A DNA stretch of 64,000 bases from Antedon mediterranea (lineage: Eukaryota; Animalia; Echinodermata): the NCBI RefSeq assembly GCF_964355755.1, contig NC_092671.1, forward strand, positions 1,922,001 to 1,986,000. The letters run 5' to 3'. Below the pieces are notes generated by a model that saw only the letters and a program-made list of their open reading frames with translations, searched no databases and had not been told where the DNA came from. Within the stretch, counting starts at the first letter, position 1. Every line of letters starts with the position of its first letter. Shown piece by piece: positions 60,706-64,000 of the stretch. Position numbers and translations under genes: made by a program.

Positions 60706-62259
60706 GTTAAAAATGAATTCACCCGGCCAATGACCAGAAGTTGAGGTCAATTATGTGGTTACGTAATATGCTGTAACGCAATCAGGATCGTATTCATGTT
60801 TTCCTGAGGCGAGTGTTAATTAATGTATTGTCATAATGGAAGTATTAACTCTTCATTTCTTAGAAATTGAGGTCAAGCACCTCAACATCCTGCTATGTTT
60901 GACCATGATGGAGTCTCCATGGTATTTGACTAATTATTTAATCAATAACATTTATTACTTTTTTACCAGAGGGCCACTAATAATATAATAATGTTTGATC
61001 TAGGTCTATTCGATAATATTAATACTTTTTTTTTTATTTCGAAAAAATGAGCCAACAATTATGATTCAATATTTCGAACTTTATTTGTTCAATTTTCAAG
61101 AATAAATAATATTTATTTAGGATGGAACAAAACAAAAAAAACCCTAACAAACAAACCTTCTATTGCATATATTGCCATGTTAATCTCAAAGTACGGCTGT
61201 ACATAAATGTACCGTATTATTAATTTAGTTTGATCTTGAGAATAATGGTCCGGCAATAAACGTTATTTAAATTTGTTTATTAATAAACTAATAATATTAC
61301 GTCAGTAAAGAAGACATTACAAATTGTATATAGTTTTTTGCCAAGTAAGTATGGTTAGTGCTTATCTCCATGGTTAGTGTTTGTGTGAACTGGGGTCAGT
61401 TGGTTAGTTAACTACGGGGGCTAATTACATTCACATCACATATATGATGATCAAATATGAATGTACATAATTGATTTCTCCACTTACAAGAGAATTGTAC
61501 AGAACTATAATAAATGATTCAATGATTACGTCAAAACAATTTAAAAAACATAAAGTCGTCTTCGCGTTTACCGGCGCGAAGTGAGTGCTTTGCAATAATA
61601 TTAACCAAGACCACGCTTTAATTTTTCCTCTCTGCTGCCCCCAACGACATACAATTGAGCAAAGTTTAATAGCCGTAATAACCAGCCGTGTGACAAAATC
61701 TTAATTGTTACAGTGCTGGCTTAAAAATGACGTGGGTGGTATTGTTAATCATATCATTATTTATCTATAGAAAAGTACTAATTATAATTATAGAGGGCAG
61801 TATTATATTTTACAATAGATATTTTTTTCAACACTGATAGATAAGTGAGAGCCCCACCCCACTAGATCTAGACTTATGATTTTTAATTAACCAGACACGG
61901 TTGGAGGTGAAAGCCATTAACCGAATTGAAATAGAGAAATAAAAGCTACTGAACTTAACGTTTAAACGATTGTTTATATAGGCCTGTACAAATAAATGAA
62001 TATCTTGTACTTTGCTCTATGTTTACTACTGAATATTATTTGTACAGATAAACCGGGCAGGTTTCCAAAGACGGTAAATGACCACCATTTCTTTCCCAAT
62101 TGAGCACCATGAGAGAAGCACTAAAGCATTATGAATACAATATACAACCAAATTGATTAGCTAAGCAGGTTGTTAGGACCACATAATACTCAAAACGGGA
62201 GTATTGTAAACTAAGAAAGAGCATAATCCATGCCTGGGACAAGCGTAGTATAATTTGGG

Positions 62260-62575
62260 GATTAACGATCCTTATTTAATATTTTGTAATAATTTGCTTG
62301 AAAGGAATTTAAAAATCTAACAATCTAAAACAACGCGATAGATGTGCGTAATAAGGTGGGGCCTATAGCAAGTTATCATAAAACAACACTCAACAAGAGG
62401 ACGTTGTTTTACCATGCAGAGAAGTTCCTAGTTTCAATTAATACTTAAAATAATTATATTATATTTTGAAAATGTATGATTTGTTAGATTGTTAGATATT
62501 TAAATTGTAGGCCTAATAATTCATTTTAAGCAAATTATAAAAAATTTTAAAATAAAAGAAAGGATCGTACCAAAA
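62260..62575. mobile_element. Degenerate fold-back MITE
   Basis: CGATCCTT...ATAATTTGCTT...ATCTAACAATCTAA mirrored by TTAGATTGTTAGAT...AAGCAAATTAT...AAGGATCG. Confidence 0.55.
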
Positions 62576-63171
62576 TGTTTGTGTGTGACGTCAACCATCA
62601 ATTTTCGGTAATTTAAATAAACACTAAAGACACAATTAATATATTTTAATTTTATTAAACAAAGAGATAAATACAATCTAGACAAATACAATATATTACT
62701 AATTTTATGCGTGACGTAATGTATGTTAAGTTGTCGCCGTAAATAAGTGAGCTACCTATCTTGTTTTGAGGTAGGCCTAATTGGTTAGTTCATCAATGAA
62801 GCTTGAGAGAAACAAAATCATTATTTTGACGTATATCATAATTTTGTTTCAACAAAAATGGTTTGGCTTTAATTGATTTCTCAGCAGTATAGGTAGTTCA
62901 GTAACCTGTAGCTACCACCTGCAACTAGATAATAATTATTAGCCCATAAACAAGGAGAGGAATGGGAAATGATTCGAATATGAGGTGAAGACGGGATCAG
63001 GCTGTTATTCTTGGGCTTAAATCAGCGTTTCAAAAGCTAGGCCGTCTAACTTCGACGACATAAAACAACAGTGCCTCTTAACTTCTGGGCTGCTGTGTAT
63101 GTAAACAATGCTTAAGCCCATCCAACACTATAGTAGGCTGAGTGATAAGCGTTCATTTTATTGTGACGCAT

Positions 63172-63366
63172 TCATACAGTTAATTCATCCATGGGGTGCA
63201 CTTTTTGGAAACACGGCAATCTGGGTTTGATCCGATTTCGTACTGACTTCTGATAAAAGATGTAAACAAGTGGGTTGATCGTAGGAGTAGAACGAAGAAT
63301 CGTGGATGCGATGTAGTTAGCAGTTTCCGATGGCCAGACTGACGCTCGGTTACAGATAATACGCAC
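63172..63366 (-). CDS. Last exon (ECL3-TM7-helix 8-tail) of a rhodopsin-family GPCR; 5' part lies outside the window
   Basis: Acceptor TTTTCCGCAG, then VRIICNRASVWPSETANYIASTILRSTPTINPLVYIFYQKSVRNRIKPRLPCF...*; NPxxY motif, helix 8 and a palmitoylatable Cys. Confidence 0.75.
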   Translation of the reverse strand: MRIICNRASVWPSETANYIASTILRSTPTINPLVYIFYQKSVRNRIKPRLPCFQKVHPMDELTV

Positions 63367-63597
63367 CTGCGGAAAATATAACAATCACACACTATTGAAC
63401 CATCAAAATCAACAAAAGTAATATAAATAAGACATTACAAATGTATCAGTTACAGTACGGTGAAATAACGACAACGTTATGTAATAAGCTTGGTACTAGG
63501 ACGTTACGTACACAACGTAGCGAGACGTACGCAAAACGCAGCGACGTACGCAAAACGCAATTACTTTTTTTCGATCACAGTGATGAGTAAAATCAGT

Positions 63598-63975
63598 TAA
63601 GCTTGGTTCCCACTAGAACGTAACGCAAGGACGTAAACGCAACGCAAGCGTTTTAACCAATGACCAGCGAAGTTATAGACAGTTAGCAACCACAAGCGAA
63701 TAAGCCATCGCTTGTGATTGGTCAATTCACTTGCGTTGCGTTGCGTCCTTGTGTTGCGTCGCTAGTGGGAACCACGCTTAAAGCTTGGTTCCCACTAGCG
63801 ACGCAATCTACGCAACGTAAGCAAATGCCCTTCTAATAATTGTGTTTGGCCCCGTCTGCGTGAAATCAAACCTACGATGTTTGCAGCACTATTGCGTCGT
63901 CGGTTCCCACTTGTGATTACGCAATGCAACACTTTGCGTCAATACGTTGCTGCGTTGCCTTCTAGTGGGAACCAC
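63598..63975. mobile_element. Two adjacent MITEs, family C (GCTTGGTTCCCACTAG TIR, ACGCA repeats); related decayed copies at ~41330-41455 and ~46970-47345
   Basis: GGTTCCCACTAG...CTAGTGGGAACC twice, at ~63600-63779 and ~63782-63974. Confidence 0.8.
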
Positions 63976-64000
63976 TAATTATGGATACCAAGCATTACGT

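Overview
AT-rich, intron-rich animal genomic DNA; gene content suggests a marine invertebrate, possibly a deuterostome (inference). Reading splice sites by hand gives five genes. (1) Nephrocystin-3 (NPHP3), minus strand, 17 coding exons, running off the left edge. (2) A + strand gene sharing a short bidirectional promoter with NPHP3. It encodes an N-terminally acylatable (MGIMCCC), largely disordered protein ending in a transmembrane-less R-SNARE motif, and has a probable alternative first exon (MGGLIS). (3) A convergent minus-strand paralogue with the same architecture (MGCCCS...R-SNARE) and shared intron positions. (4) A complete thyroid hormone receptor with a repeat insertion in the ligand-binding domain, a perfect DR4 in its own intron, a probable alternative first exon and a 149-bp perfect palindrome centred on an AP-1 site. 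(5) The last exon of a class A GPCR. Introns carry many non-autonomous DNA transposons (one nested stack), SINE and LINE remnants, minisatellites and a Penelope-type minimal hammerhead ribozyme. The best candidate for an undescribed system is the pair of N-terminally lipid-anchored, tomosyn/amisyn-like R-SNARE genes. Most of the remaining ORF-track entries look spurious. All gene models are manual and need RNA-seq confirmation.
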